DNA of 24,000 bases, from contig JACQER010000036.1 of assembly GCA_016200465.1 (NCBI GenBank), positions 790-24,789 of the forward strand, given 5' to 3'. Both the position numbers and the translations under genes were made by a program. Of this stretch, positions 1 through 8,636 are shown one piece after another. How positions within the stretch are numbered: the first letter of the stretch is position 1; the number at the start of each line of letters is the position of its first letter. The notes beneath the pieces are model-generated. The model made no database searches. It worked only from the letters and a program-made list of their open reading frames with translations, and had not been told where the DNA came from. This DNA comes from Gammaproteobacteria bacterium. GTDB lineage: Bacteria; Pseudomonadota; Gammaproteobacteria; Acidiferrobacterales; Sulfurifustaceae.

Positions 1-798
<798 letters not shown>

Positions 799-859
799 GG
801 GACTAACCGGGTGTAAGGGCAAAAAGGCCGCGCATTATACACAGTTGCCGAGCAACGGC

Positions 860-1735
860 CTAATGGCGCGTGGGGTTCGCCGGGGCGTTGTGGGGGGTGG
901 CAAACAGCTGTTCCGCGTCGATACGGTCGAATTCGTAGCGGTTGCCGCAGAATTCGCAGTCCACACTGACCGAGCCCTGCTCGTCGAGGATGGAATGGAT
1001 TTCATCGTGTCCGAGCATGCGCAACACCGCCTCGACCCGTTCCCGCGAACAGGAGCAGCGGAAGCTGACAGGCACGCGCGAAAACAGGCGTATGTCCTCT
1101 TCGTGGTAGAGGCGGTGGAGAATTTCGCGCACCGGAAGCGCAAGCAGTTCGTCGCGCGTCAGGGTCGAGCCGAGATGCACTGCGCGCGTCCAGGCGTCAT
1201 CGTCGGAATGCCCGCCTTCCGGCAGGCGTTGCAGCAACATGCCCGCCGCCTGCCGCGGGTCGGCGGCGAGCCACAGGCGCGTGGCGAGCTGCTCGGAACG
1301 GGCAAAATAGTTCTCGAACGCCTCGGCCACGGTCAATCCTTCCAGGGCAACGATCGCCTGGTAGCGTTCCTTGCCTTTCAGCGGGTCGATCGTGACCGCG
1401 AGGCGACCGTCGCCCACCAGTGTGGCAAGCGGGACGTCCGGGATCTCGCCCTGCCATTGGGCAATGGCGCGCATGGTCCGGTTACTGGTGCACTCCACCA
1501 CCAGCAGGCTCACCGGCCCCTTGCCCTGCACCTGCATGATCAGCCGGCCGTCGAACTTGAGCGTCGAGGTCAGCAGCGCCGCGGCCGCCATCAGTTCACC
1601 GAGGATTTCGCGCACGCGCGGCGGATATTTACGGCGTTCGAGTACCGCCTGCCAGGTCGCGTCGAGATGCACGATCTCGCCGCGGATCGGTGCGTGTTCG
1701 AACATGAAGCGTTGCAGGGAGTCGCCCGTAATCAT
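860..1735 (-). CDS. hslO: Hsp33 redox-regulated chaperone
   Basis: 291-aa ORF. The N-terminus reads FMFEHAPIRGEIVHL. The C-terminal zinc and redox switch is present as FRCSCSRERV ... DCEFCGNRYEF (CxC...CxxC), characteristic of Hsp33. Confidence 0.9.
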   Translation of the reverse strand: MITGDSLQRFMFEHAPIRGEIVHLDATWQAVLERRKYPPRVREILGELMAAAALLTSTLKFDGRLIMQVQGKGPVSLLVVECTSNRTMRAIAQWQGEIPDVPLATLVGDGRLAVTIDPLKGKERYQAIVALEGLTVAEAFENYFARSEQLATRLWLAADPRQAAGMLLQRLPEGGHSDDDAWTRAVHLGSTLTRDELLALPVREILHRLYHEEDIRLFSRVPVSFRCSCSRERVEAVLRMLGHDEIHSILDEQGSVSVDCEFCGNRYEFDRIDAEQLFATPHNAPANPTRH

Positions 1736-1757
1736 GATTGGCCTACGGAATAATTAT

Positions 1758-1780
1758 AACCGCCGGCAAGGCCGGCGGTT
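1758..1780 (-). terminator. GC-rich hairpin downstream of the thioredoxin gene (terminator or attenuator-like)
   Basis: Perfect 10-bp stem AACCGCCGGC-ctt-GCCGGCGGTT, followed on the minus strand by ATAATTATT. It lies 33 nt after the trx stop and only 22 nt before the hslO start, so it may attenuate or stabilise rather than fully terminate. Confidence 0.4.
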
Positions 1781-1813
1781 GGTGATGCCGCGGGAAAGAA
1801 GCGGAGCGCGGGA

Positions 1814-2212
1814 TCAGCCGCTTTTCAATTCACCGGCTTGTTCCTTGGCGATTTCGCGGCGGACCTCGTCCATGTCGAGCGATTTGGCCTTCTCGATCAC
1901 CTGCTCCAGCGCCGCGGCCGGCAATGCGCCGGGCTGCGCGAAGATGATGATCTTGTCGCGGAAGATCATCAGGGTAGGAATCGAGCGGATCTGGAAGTAA
2001 CCGGCCAGCGCCTGCTGCTCCTCGGTGTTGACCTTGGCGAACACCACGTCCGGGTATTTCTCCGAGGCGGCTTCATAGGCCGGCGCGAACGAACGGCACG
2101 GCCCGCACCACGGCGCCCAGAAATCCACGATCACCATGCTGTTTCCACCGACGACCTGGTGGAAGTTTTCCTGAGTCACTTCGACGGTTGCCACTTTGTA
2201 CCCCCGCGGCAT
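1814..2212 (-). CDS. Thioredoxin with a roughly 25-aa charged C-terminal extension
   Basis: 132-aa ORF with VDFWAPWCGPC (WCGPC active site) and a thioredoxin-fold layout. An alternative GTG start at 2194 is preceded by GGGGG. Confidence 0.9.
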   Translation of the reverse strand: MPRGYKVATVEVTQENFHQVVGGNSMVIVDFWAPWCGPCRSFAPAYEAASEKYPDVVFAKVNTEEQQALAGYFQIRSIPTLMIFRDKIIIFAQPGALPAAALEQVIEKAKSLDMDEVRREIAKEQAGELKSG

Positions 2213-2250
2213 CGCGGGGATGCCATCTGAAAGTTAAGGTTGAAAAACGG

Positions 2251-2256
2251 ATTATA
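2251..2256 (-). promoter_or_regulatory. Candidate -10 box (TATAAT) for the trx-hslO transcript
   Basis: Perfect TATAAT on the minus strand, 38 nt upstream of the trx ATG. The -35 region is poor (TGCGCA at 17-bp spacing). Confidence 0.3.
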
Positions 2257-2375
2257 CCGGCCTGAAACGACAGTGCGCAGATTACATGGGGATGGGCGCT
2301 GAGATATCAAGCCGGATGTATCACACAAGGTGGGTTGGATGGCTGCCGATGCAAACGGATCGTGTTTGGGTGCGT

Positions 2376-2402
2376 GAAAACCAAGACCGGCGTCCAACGC
2401 CG
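2376..2402 (-). terminator. Putative intrinsic terminator after phoU
   Basis: On the minus strand a 6-bp stem CGGCGT-tgg-ACGCCG starts 1 nt after the phoU stop and is followed by GTCTTGGTTTTC. Confidence 0.45.
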
Positions 2403-2403
2403 T

Positions 2404-3123
2404 TCAGCGCGACTCCTTGCCCAGAATCTCGCGCTCCACTTGGTCCAGGCTGGTGTGACGCACGTCCTTGCCCTTCACCAGGTAGATGATGTATTCGCAG
2501 ATGTTGCAGGCGTGGTCGCCGATGCGCTCCAGTGCCCGCGCCGCCCAGATGACGTTCAGTACGCGCGAAATCGTGCGCGGGTCTTCCATCATGTAGGTGA
2601 TCAGCTGGCGCATGGCGCCGTCGTATTTCTGGTCGATCTTGACGTCCTCGCGTGCCACGCGTACCGCCGCCTCGATGTCGAGGCGCGCGAACGCGTCGAG
2701 CGTTTCGTGCAGCATCTGGCGCACGTGGATGCCGAGCGTCTGGATTTCCGCGTAGTTGTTCTTGGGACGCTCTTCGCCCGCCAGCCGCACCGCCATGCGC
2801 GCGATCTTCTCGGCCTCATCGCCGATGCGCTCGAGATCGGTGATGGTTTTGATGACTGCGACCACGAGCCGCAGGTCACTGGCCGCGGGCTGACGGCGCG
2901 CGATGATCTGGTTGCACTCCTCGTCGATCGTGACTTCCATCTTGTTGACCTGGGTGTCGTGCAGGATGACGTTTTCACCCAGCGCCGTGTCGCCCTTGAT
3001 GAGGGCATCGAGAGCCTGTTCGATCTGCTGCTCCACGAGCCCGCCCATTTGCAGCACGCGCGAGCGGATGTCTTCCAGCTCGGCGCTGAATTGGCGGGAG
3101 ATATGGGTATGCATCTGTTCCAT
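2404..3123 (-). CDS. phoU: Phosphate signalling complex protein PhoU
   Basis: 239-aa ORF with the two-repeat PhoU architecture (ERIGD motif twice: DLERIGDEAEKIA and ALERIGDHACNI). GGAGGAG RBS upstream. Located directly downstream of pstB. Confidence 0.95.
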   Translation of the reverse strand: MEQMHTHISRQFSAELEDIRSRVLQMGGLVEQQIEQALDALIKGDTALGENVILHDTQVNKMEVTIDEECNQIIARRQPAASDLRLVVAVIKTITDLERIGDEAEKIARMAVRLAGEERPKNNYAEIQTLGIHVRQMLHETLDAFARLDIEAAVRVAREDVKIDQKYDGAMRQLITYMMEDPRTISRVLNVIWAARALERIGDHACNICEYIIYLVKGKDVRHTSLDQVEREILGKESR

Positions 3124-3147
3124 CGCTGTGACTCCTCCGGATCGGCG

Positions 3148-3915
3148 TTAACCGTAGCGTCCGGTGATGTAATCTTCGGTCTGTTTCTTGGACGGATTGG
3201 TGAAGATGGTGTTGGTGTCGCCGAACTCCACCGCCTCTCCCAGGTACATGAAGGCCGTGAAGTCTGATACACGCGCGGCCTGCTGCATGTTGTGCGTGAC
3301 GATCACGATAGTATAGTTCTTTTTGAGTTCGTAGATCAGTTCTTCGATCTTCAGGGTCGAGATCGGATCGAGCGCCGAGGCCGGTTCGTCGAGCAGCATC
3401 ACTTCCGGTTTCACGGCGATAGCGCGCGCGATGCACAGGCGCTGTTGCTGCCCTCCGGACAGGCTCATGCCGCTCTGACGCAGCTTGTCCTTGACCTCGC
3501 CCCACAGCGCCGCCTGCGTGAGCGCCCATTCCACGCGATCGTCCATTTCCGAACGCGGCAGTTTCTCATACAGGCGCACGCCGAAGGCGATGTTCTCGTA
3601 GATCGACATGGGAAACGGCGTCGGCTTCTGGAATACCATGCCCACCCGCGCGCGCAGCCGGAACAGGTCGGCTCCCGGCGCGAGGACGTTCTCGCCGTCG
3701 AGCAGGATCTCGCCGGTGGCGCGCTGGCCCGGGTAGAGCTCGTACATGCGGTTGAAGGTGCGCAGCAGCGTGGACTTGCCGCAGCCCGACGGGCCGATGA
3801 AGGCCGTGACCATGTTGGTGGCGACATCCAGGCTGATGTTCTTGAGCGCCTGGTACTTGCCGTAATAGAAGTTCAGGTCGCGCACCTGAATCTTGCCGTG
3901 GATGTCGTTGGCCAT
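3148..3915 (-). CDS. pstB: Phosphate ABC transporter ATP-binding protein PstB
   Basis: Starts at the internal Met [19 protein letters not shown] of the long run-on ORF 3148..5406. Walker [13 protein letters not shown] signature LSGGQQQRL and Walker B LLDEP are present. The ATG overlaps the pstA stop by 1 nt. Confidence 0.95.
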   Translation of the reverse strand: MANDIHGKIQVRDLNFYYGKYQALKNISLDVATNMVTAFIGPSGCGKSTLLRTFNRMYELYPGQRATGEILLDGENVLAPGADLFRLRARVGMVFQKPTPFPMSIYENIAFGVRLYEKLPRSEMDDRVEWALTQAALWGEVKDKLRQSGMSLSGGQQQRLCIARAIAVKPEVMLLDEPASALDPISTLKIEELIYELKKNYTIVIVTHNMQQAARVSDFTAFMYLGEAVEFGDTNTIFTNPSKKQTEDYITGRYG

Positions 3916-4760
3916 CAGTGCTCCAGTCGCACCTTGCGCAGCAGGGTTCGCGCCAAGATGCTCAGCGCCAGCACGCTCAGGGTGATCAGGAGCGAACCGG
4001 CCCAAGCGAGCGTGTGCCATTCCGGGTACGGGCTCATGGCGAACTGGAAGATCACCACCGGCAGGTTGGCCATCGGCTGCATCAGGTCGGTGCTCCAGAA
4101 CTGGTTGTTGAGCGCCGTGAACAGCAGCGGCGCGGTTTCGCCGGCGATGCGCGCGACCGCCAGCAGCACACCGGTGAGGATGCCGGAAAGCGCCGCGCGG
4201 TAGGCCACGAGCGAGATCATTTTCCAGCGCGGCGCGCCCAAGGCGAGCGCCGCCTCGCGCAGCGGGTTCGGCACGAGCCGCAGCATTTCCTCGGTGGTAC
4301 GGATCACGACCGGCAGCATGATGATGGCGAGCGCAATCGCGCCGGCGAGCGCGGAGAAATGCCCCATGCGGATCACGACCATCTCGTAAACGAAAAGCCC
4401 GATGATGATCGACGGCGCGGACAGCAGAATGTCGTTGATGAAGCGGATGGTCCCGGCGACCCAGGTGCGGCCGCCGTATTCCGCGAGATAGGTGCCGGCG
4501 AGGATGCCGACGGGCGTGCCGATCACGGTCGCCAGTCCCACCATGATGAGACTGCCGACGATGGCGTTGGCCAGTCCGCCGGCGGCGCCGGGAGCGGGTG
4601 TGTTCTGGTGAAACAGGTTCCAGTCGAAGGCCGAGACGCCGTAGCTCAGCGTGGTCCAGAGTATCCAGAACAGCCAGAACAGGCCGAAGACGGTGGCGAG
4701 CAGCGACCCCGTGAGATTCACGATGTTGACGGTACGCCGCCGCAAGTAGCGCAGGTCCAT
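3915..4760 (-). CDS. pstA: Phosphate ABC transporter permease PstA
   Basis: 281-aa polytopic membrane ORF with an EAA-loop-like segment ([15 protein letters not shown]), positioned between pstC and pstB. Confidence 0.93.
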   Translation of the reverse strand: MDLRYLRRRTVNIVNLTGSLLATVFGLFWLFWILWTTLSYGVSAFDWNLFHQNTPAPGAAGGLANAIVGSLIMVGLATVIGTPVGILAGTYLAEYGGRTWVAGTIRFINDILLSAPSIIIGLFVYEMVVIRMGHFSALAGAIALAIIMLPVVIRTTEEMLRLVPNPLREAALALGAPRWKMISLVAYRAALSGILTGVLLAVARIAGETAPLLFTALNNQFWSTDLMQPMANLPVVIFQFAMSPYPEWHTLAWAGSLLITLSVLALSILARTLLRKVRLEH

Positions 4761-4763
4761 GGC

Positions 4764-5735
4764 TCAGCTTTTGGCGCTGTCGCGCGACTCCAGCCCGAGC
4801 AGCAGTAGCTTGGCCAGCGCCAGCACGATGAAGGTGATCATGAACAGCACCAGCCCGAGCGCGATGAGCGCGGAGGTGTGCATGTCGCCCACGGCTTCGT
4901 TGAATTCGTTCGCCAGCGTCGAGGCGATGGAATTTCCCGGCTCGAACAGCGAGGCGCTCATGCGGTGGGTGTTGCCGATGACGAAAGTCACGGCCATGGT
5001 TTCGCCGAGCGCCCGCCCCAGCCCCAGGAATATGCCGCCCACCGCGCCGACGCGCGTGTACGGCAGCACCACGTTCCACACCACTTCCCAATGCGTGGCG
5101 CCGACGCCGTAGGCCGACTCCTTGAGAAACTTGGGCGTGGTGAGAAACACGTCGCGCATGAGCGCGGTGATGAACGGAATGATCATGATGCCGAGGATGA
5201 TGCCGGCGGGCAACATGCCGATGCCGAGCGGCGCGCCCTGGAACAGGGCGCCGATGAGCACGGTGTCGCCGAATCGCGCCTGCAGCCAGGGCTGGACATG
5301 CTGCGACATGACCGGCGCGAACACGAACAGTCCCCACATGCCGTAGATGATGCTGGGAATGGCCGCGAGCAGCTCGATGGCGGTACCGATCGGGCGTCGC
5401 ATCCATCCCGGCGCCACCTCGGTGAGAAATACCGCGATGCCGAAGCTCATCGGTACCGCGATCAGCAGCGCGATCACGGAACTGACCAGCGTTCCGTAAA
5501 TCGGCACGAGCGCCCCGAATCGTTCAGTCACCGGATTCCATTCGTCGGTCACGAGGAATTTCGGGCCGAACGCGACGAGAGCCTGCCAGCCGCCGACAAA
5601 CAGAGACACGATGATGCCGGCGAGGATCACCAGCACCAGCCAGGCCGAGCCGGTGGTCAAGGCTTGAAAGAAACGGTCCATCAGGCGTTGTCGCCCGCTG
5701 ATGGTGTCGGAAATGTGTGAACGGCTGATGTCCAT
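4764..5735 (-). CDS. pstC: Phosphate ABC transporter permease PstC
   Basis: Polytopic membrane ORF with PstC-like segments ([39 protein letters not shown]). I prefer the ATG at 5735 (MDISRSH...) because the track's GTG at 5765 lies inside the 3' arm of the intercistronic hairpin. Confidence 0.9.
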   Translation of the reverse strand: MDISRSHISDTISGRQRLMDRFFQALTTGSAWLVLVILAGIIVSLFVGGWQALVAFGPKFLVTDEWNPVTERFGALVPIYGTLVSSVIALLIAVPMSFGIAVFLTEVAPGWMRRPIGTAIELLAAIPSIIYGMWGLFVFAPVMSQHVQPWLQARFGDTVLIGALFQGAPLGIGMLPAGIILGIMIIPFITALMRDVFLTTPKFLKESAYGVGATHWEVVWNVVLPYTRVGAVGGIFLGLGRALGETMAVTFVIGNTHRMSASLFEPGNSIASTLANEFNEAVGDMHTSALIALGLVLFMITFIVLALAKLLLLGLESRDSAKS

Positions 5736-5743
5736 ATTATTAT

Positions 5744-5777
5744 GGTAAAGAGAAAGCGGGGTCACGAAGGACCCCGC
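5744..5777 (-). terminator. pstS-pstC intercistronic hairpin (partial terminator or mRNA-stabilising element)
   Basis: On the minus strand GCGGGGT-ccttcgtg-ACCCCGC forms a perfect 7-bp GC stem, followed by TTTCTCTTTACC. It lies 27 nt after the pstS stop. Confidence 0.55.
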
Positions 5778-5804
5778 AGATTTACCGCTCGTTTGCCGGC
5801 AATC

Positions 5805-6890
5805 TTACTTCTGGACCATGCCGTCGGTCCAGATAGCCTTGCCGCTCGCGTCCTTGATCTCGGTTTTCCATGTTTCTTCGACCAGTTTCACGATGCTGGC
5901 CGGCATCGGGACGTAATCGAGTCCCTCGGCCATCTTGCCACCGTGGTGATAGGCCCAGTCGAAGAACTTCAGCACCTGCTGGGCGGTCTCGGTTTTTTCC
6001 TGTTTCTTGTAAACCAGGATGAAGGTCGCGCCCGTGATTGGCCAGCTTTTCGCGCCCAGCTGATCGGTGAGCATCAGATTGAAACCCGGCGTGCCTTTCC
6101 AGTCGGCGCCCGCGGCCGCGGCCTGGAACGTTTCGCTGTCCGGCTTCACGAACTGGCCGGCCTTGTTCTGCATTTGCGCGAACGTCATCTTGTTCTGCAG
6201 CGCGTAAGCATATTCGACGTAACCAATCGCACCCTTCAGGCGCTGCACGTACGAGGCCACGCCCTCGTTGCCCTTGCCGCTCACGCCGGTCGGCCAGGCG
6301 ACCGAGGTGTTGTTGCCGATCTTTTCCTTGAAGCCCGGGCTGACCTTGGACAGATAATGCGTGAAGATGAAGGTGGTGCCAGAACCGTCGGCGCGCGACA
6401 CGACGGTAATTTTGCCGTTCGGCAGTTTCATGTTCGGGTTGAGTTTCTTGAGCGCGGCGTCATCCCAGTTGGTGATCTTGCCGAGATAGATGTCGGCCAG
6501 CACCGCGCCGGTGATTTTCAGTTCGCCCGCCTTCACGCCTTCCAGATTCACGACCGGCACCACGCCGCCCATGACCATGGGGAACTGCATCAGCCCGATC
6601 TCGTTGAGTTTTTCCACCGTGAGTGGTGCGTCCGAGGCGCCGAAGTCCACGGTTCTGGCCGTGATCTGTTTGATGCCGCCGCCCGAGCCGATGGACTGGT
6701 AATTCATGCTCGTGCCGGTCTTGGTCTTGTAAGCCTCGGCCCATTTGGCGTAGATCGGATAAGGGAAGGTCGCGCCCGCGCCGTTGATGGTTTCGGCGGC
6801 TTGTGCGAGGCCGGCGGCCAGGCCGAGCAACATCGCCGCAGCCGTCGCCGTATGTTTCAGTTGCTTGGGGAAGATACACATTTTTGTCAT
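5805..6890 (-). CDS. pstS: Periplasmic phosphate-binding protein PstS
   Basis: Starts at MTKMCIFPKQLKHTATAAAMLLGLAAGLAQA (signal peptide), then ETINGAGATFPYPIYAKWAEAY and SRADGSGTT, typical PstS motifs. GGAGA lies just upstream. The track ORF extends to 7106 only as an upstream GTG run-on. Confidence 0.95.
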   Translation of the reverse strand: MTKMCIFPKQLKHTATAAAMLLGLAAGLAQAAETINGAGATFPYPIYAKWAEAYKTKTGTSMNYQSIGSGGGIKQITARTVDFGASDAPLTVEKLNEIGLMQFPMVMGGVVPVVNLEGVKAGELKITGAVLADIYLGKITNWDDAALKKLNPNMKLPNGKITVVSRADGSGTTFIFTHYLSKVSPGFKEKIGNNTSVAWPTGVSGKGNEGVASYVQRLKGAIGYVEYAYALQNKMTFAQMQNKAGQFVKPDSETFQAAAAGADWKGTPGFNLMLTDQLGAKSWPITGATFILVYKKQEKTETAQQVLKFFDWAYHHGGKMAEGLDYVPMPASIVKLVEETWKTEIKDASGKAIWTDGMVQK

Positions 6891-6943
6891 GTCTCCGTAA
6901 TGTCGATTATCGCTGAATGCGGGGCACATCATGCCAAGGCAAT

Positions 6944-6961
6944 GTGACAGATGTATGACAG
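6944..6961 (-). promoter_or_regulatory. Pho box (PhoB binding site) of the pstS promoter
   Basis: The minus strand reads CTGTCATACATCTGTCAC: two 7-bp direct repeats (CTGTCAT and CTGTCAC) with 11-bp periodicity, essentially the E. coli consensus CTGTCATA(A/T)A(T/A)CTGTCA(C/T). It lies 54 nt upstream of the pstS ATG. A possible -10 (CATGAT) is at 6928-6933, 10 nt downstream. Confidence 0.75.
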
Positions 6962-7026
6962 CGCGCTTGCCCAGCACAACTCGAGTACAGCCCTGAAGAC
7001 CGGGCAATGTCAGGTACGTGCCGGCG

Positions 7027-8154
7027 TCAATGTGTGGATGATATGGCCGGAGCCGGGCAGCATTCGGCGTAAGTGGGGATACCCCGTTTGCGCTCGTACC
7101 AGTCACTGCTACGGTTGACGATTTTCACCACCGAGAGCATGACTGGCACTTCGATCAGCACACCGACCACGGTCGCCAGCGCCGCACCCGATTCGAAACC
7201 GAACAGACCGATGGCGGCGGCCACGGCGAGTTCGAAGAAATTGCTGGCCCCGATCAGGGCCGACGGACCGGCGACGCAATGAGCGACCCTGAACCGCCGG
7301 TTGAGCAGGTAGGCGAAACCGGAATTGAAATACACCTGGATCAGAATCGGCACCGCCAGCAAAGCGATGATAAGTGGGGCGCGCAGGATCTGTTCGCCCT
7401 GGAAGCCGAAGAGCAGGACCAGCGTGGTGAGCAGCGCCAGCAGCGAAACCGGATGCAGCCGGCGAAGCGCGCGTTGCAGCGCGGCGTCGCCCCCGTGGCG
7501 CAGCAACTGACGGCGCCACCACTGGCTGAATATCACCGGGAGGACGATGTACAACGCCACCGACAGCAGCAGCGTGTTCCAGGGCACGCTGATTGCAGAG
7601 AGTCCGAGCAGCAGGCCCACGATCGGCGCGAACGCGAAGATCATGATGGCGTCGTTGAGGGCGACCTGCGTGAGGGTGAAGTTGGCGTGCCCACGGCTCA
7701 GGTTGCTCCACACGAATACCATCGCCGTGCACGGAGCCGCGGCGAGCAGGATCAGCCCCGCGAGGTAGGAATCGATCCGGTCGGCCGGCAGCCAGGGCGC
7801 GAATACATGGCGGATGAAAATCCATCCAAGCAGGGCCATCGAAAACGGCTTGACCAGCCAGTTGATGAACAGCGTCACGCCGATACCGCGCCAGTGCTCG
7901 CGCAGATGGTGCAGCGCCCCGAAGTCCACCTTGAGCAGCATCGGCACGATCATGAGCCAGATCAGCAGCGCGACCGGCAGGTTGACGCGCGCCAGCTCCA
8001 GCCGCCCGACCGCGTGGAACAGCTCCGGGAACAGATGCCCCAGCAGTATTCCGGCGGTGATGCACAGGAACACCCACACCGTGAGATAGCGCTCGAACAG
8101 CCCCATCGGATTTCCCGCGGCGTGCTTGCCGGTGACTTCGCATCGGGCGCTCAT
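7027..8154 (-). CDS. acr3: Arsenite efflux permease, ACR3 family
   Basis: 375-aa polytopic membrane ORF whose overall layout looks ACR3-like (e.g. [42 protein letters not shown]); these segments are my own picks, not checked against family motifs. The ATG overlaps the arsC stop (ATGA). An alternative start is at 8106 (MGLFERYL). Confidence 0.9.
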   Translation of the reverse strand: MSARCEVTGKHAAGNPMGLFERYLTVWVFLCITAGILLGHLFPELFHAVGRLELARVNLPVALLIWLMIVPMLLKVDFGALHHLREHWRGIGVTLFINWLVKPFSMALLGWIFIRHVFAPWLPADRIDSYLAGLILLAAAPCTAMVFVWSNLSRGHANFTLTQVALNDAIMIFAFAPIVGLLLGLSAISVPWNTLLLSVALYIVLPVIFSQWWRRQLLRHGGDAALQRALRRLHPVSLLALLTTLVLLFGFQGEQILRAPLIIALLAVPILIQVYFNSGFAYLLNRRFRVAHCVAGPSALIGASNFFELAVAAAIGLFGFESGAALATVVGVLIEVPVMLSVVKIVNRSSDWYERKRGIPTYAECCPAPAISSTH

Positions 8155-8609
8155 GTGTGCTCCTTGCTGTCGCTGCGCGCCAGCATTTTTATTCCGCCGA
8201 TCATTCCCTCGACGCGGCTTTTGACCTCATCGCGCGTGGCGCGGAACTTGGCCATGATCTGTTCTTCCGTGCCGGTGGCCTTGGCCGGATCTTCCAGCGG
8301 CCAGTGTTTCTTCTGCACGCCGGGCGGCAGCACCGGACAGTGCTCATCGGCATGGCCGCACACGGTGACCACCAGATCGGCCTGCACCAGCATCTCCGGC
8401 GTCACGCGTGTGGATTCCTGACGCGAGATATCCACGCCGGCCTCGCGCATGACGGCGATCGCGCGCGGATTTTTTCCGTGCGCCTCGATGCCGGCGGATG
8501 TCGCCTCCAGCCATTCGCTTCCCAGATGATTGGCCCAGCCTTCGGCCATTTGCGAACGGCAGGAGTTGCCGGTGCACAGAAACAGAATCCTCACTTTGCG
8601 TTTGTACAT
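8151..8609 (-). CDS. arsC: Arsenate reductase, thioredoxin-coupled LMW-PTPase type
   Basis: Starts [25 protein letters not shown] (CX5R P-loop). The downstream Cys pair [10 protein letters not shown] resembles the pI258-type Cys10/82/89 relay. I prefer the ATG at 8609, preceded by AGGAAA, over the TTG at 8633 used by the track. Confidence 0.9.
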   Translation of the reverse strand: MYKRKVRILFLCTGNSCRSQMAEGWANHLGSEWLEATSAGIEAHGKNPRAIAVMREAGVDISRQESTRVTPEMLVQADLVVTVCGHADEHCPVLPPGVQKKHWPLEDPAKATGTEEQIMAKFRATRDEVKSRVEGMIGGIKMLARSDSKEHT

Positions 8610-8636
8610 TCGGTTTCCTGTATGAACGATCAAGAT

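Noticed and set aside
3916-5406. N-terminal roughly 496 codons of the 752-aa minus-strand ORF 3148..5406
   Set aside because: This is an Arg/Ala/His-rich run-on in an alternative frame of pstA and pstC. Recognisable PstB sequence begins only at the Met at 3915, and pstA and pstC occupy this DNA in other frames with clear permease sequence.
6891-7106. Upstream 72-codon extension of pstS (GTG at 7106)
   Set aside because: The extension would cover the Pho box and promoter and overlap the acr3 3' end. The signal peptide and an adjacent GGAGA motif define the start at 6890.
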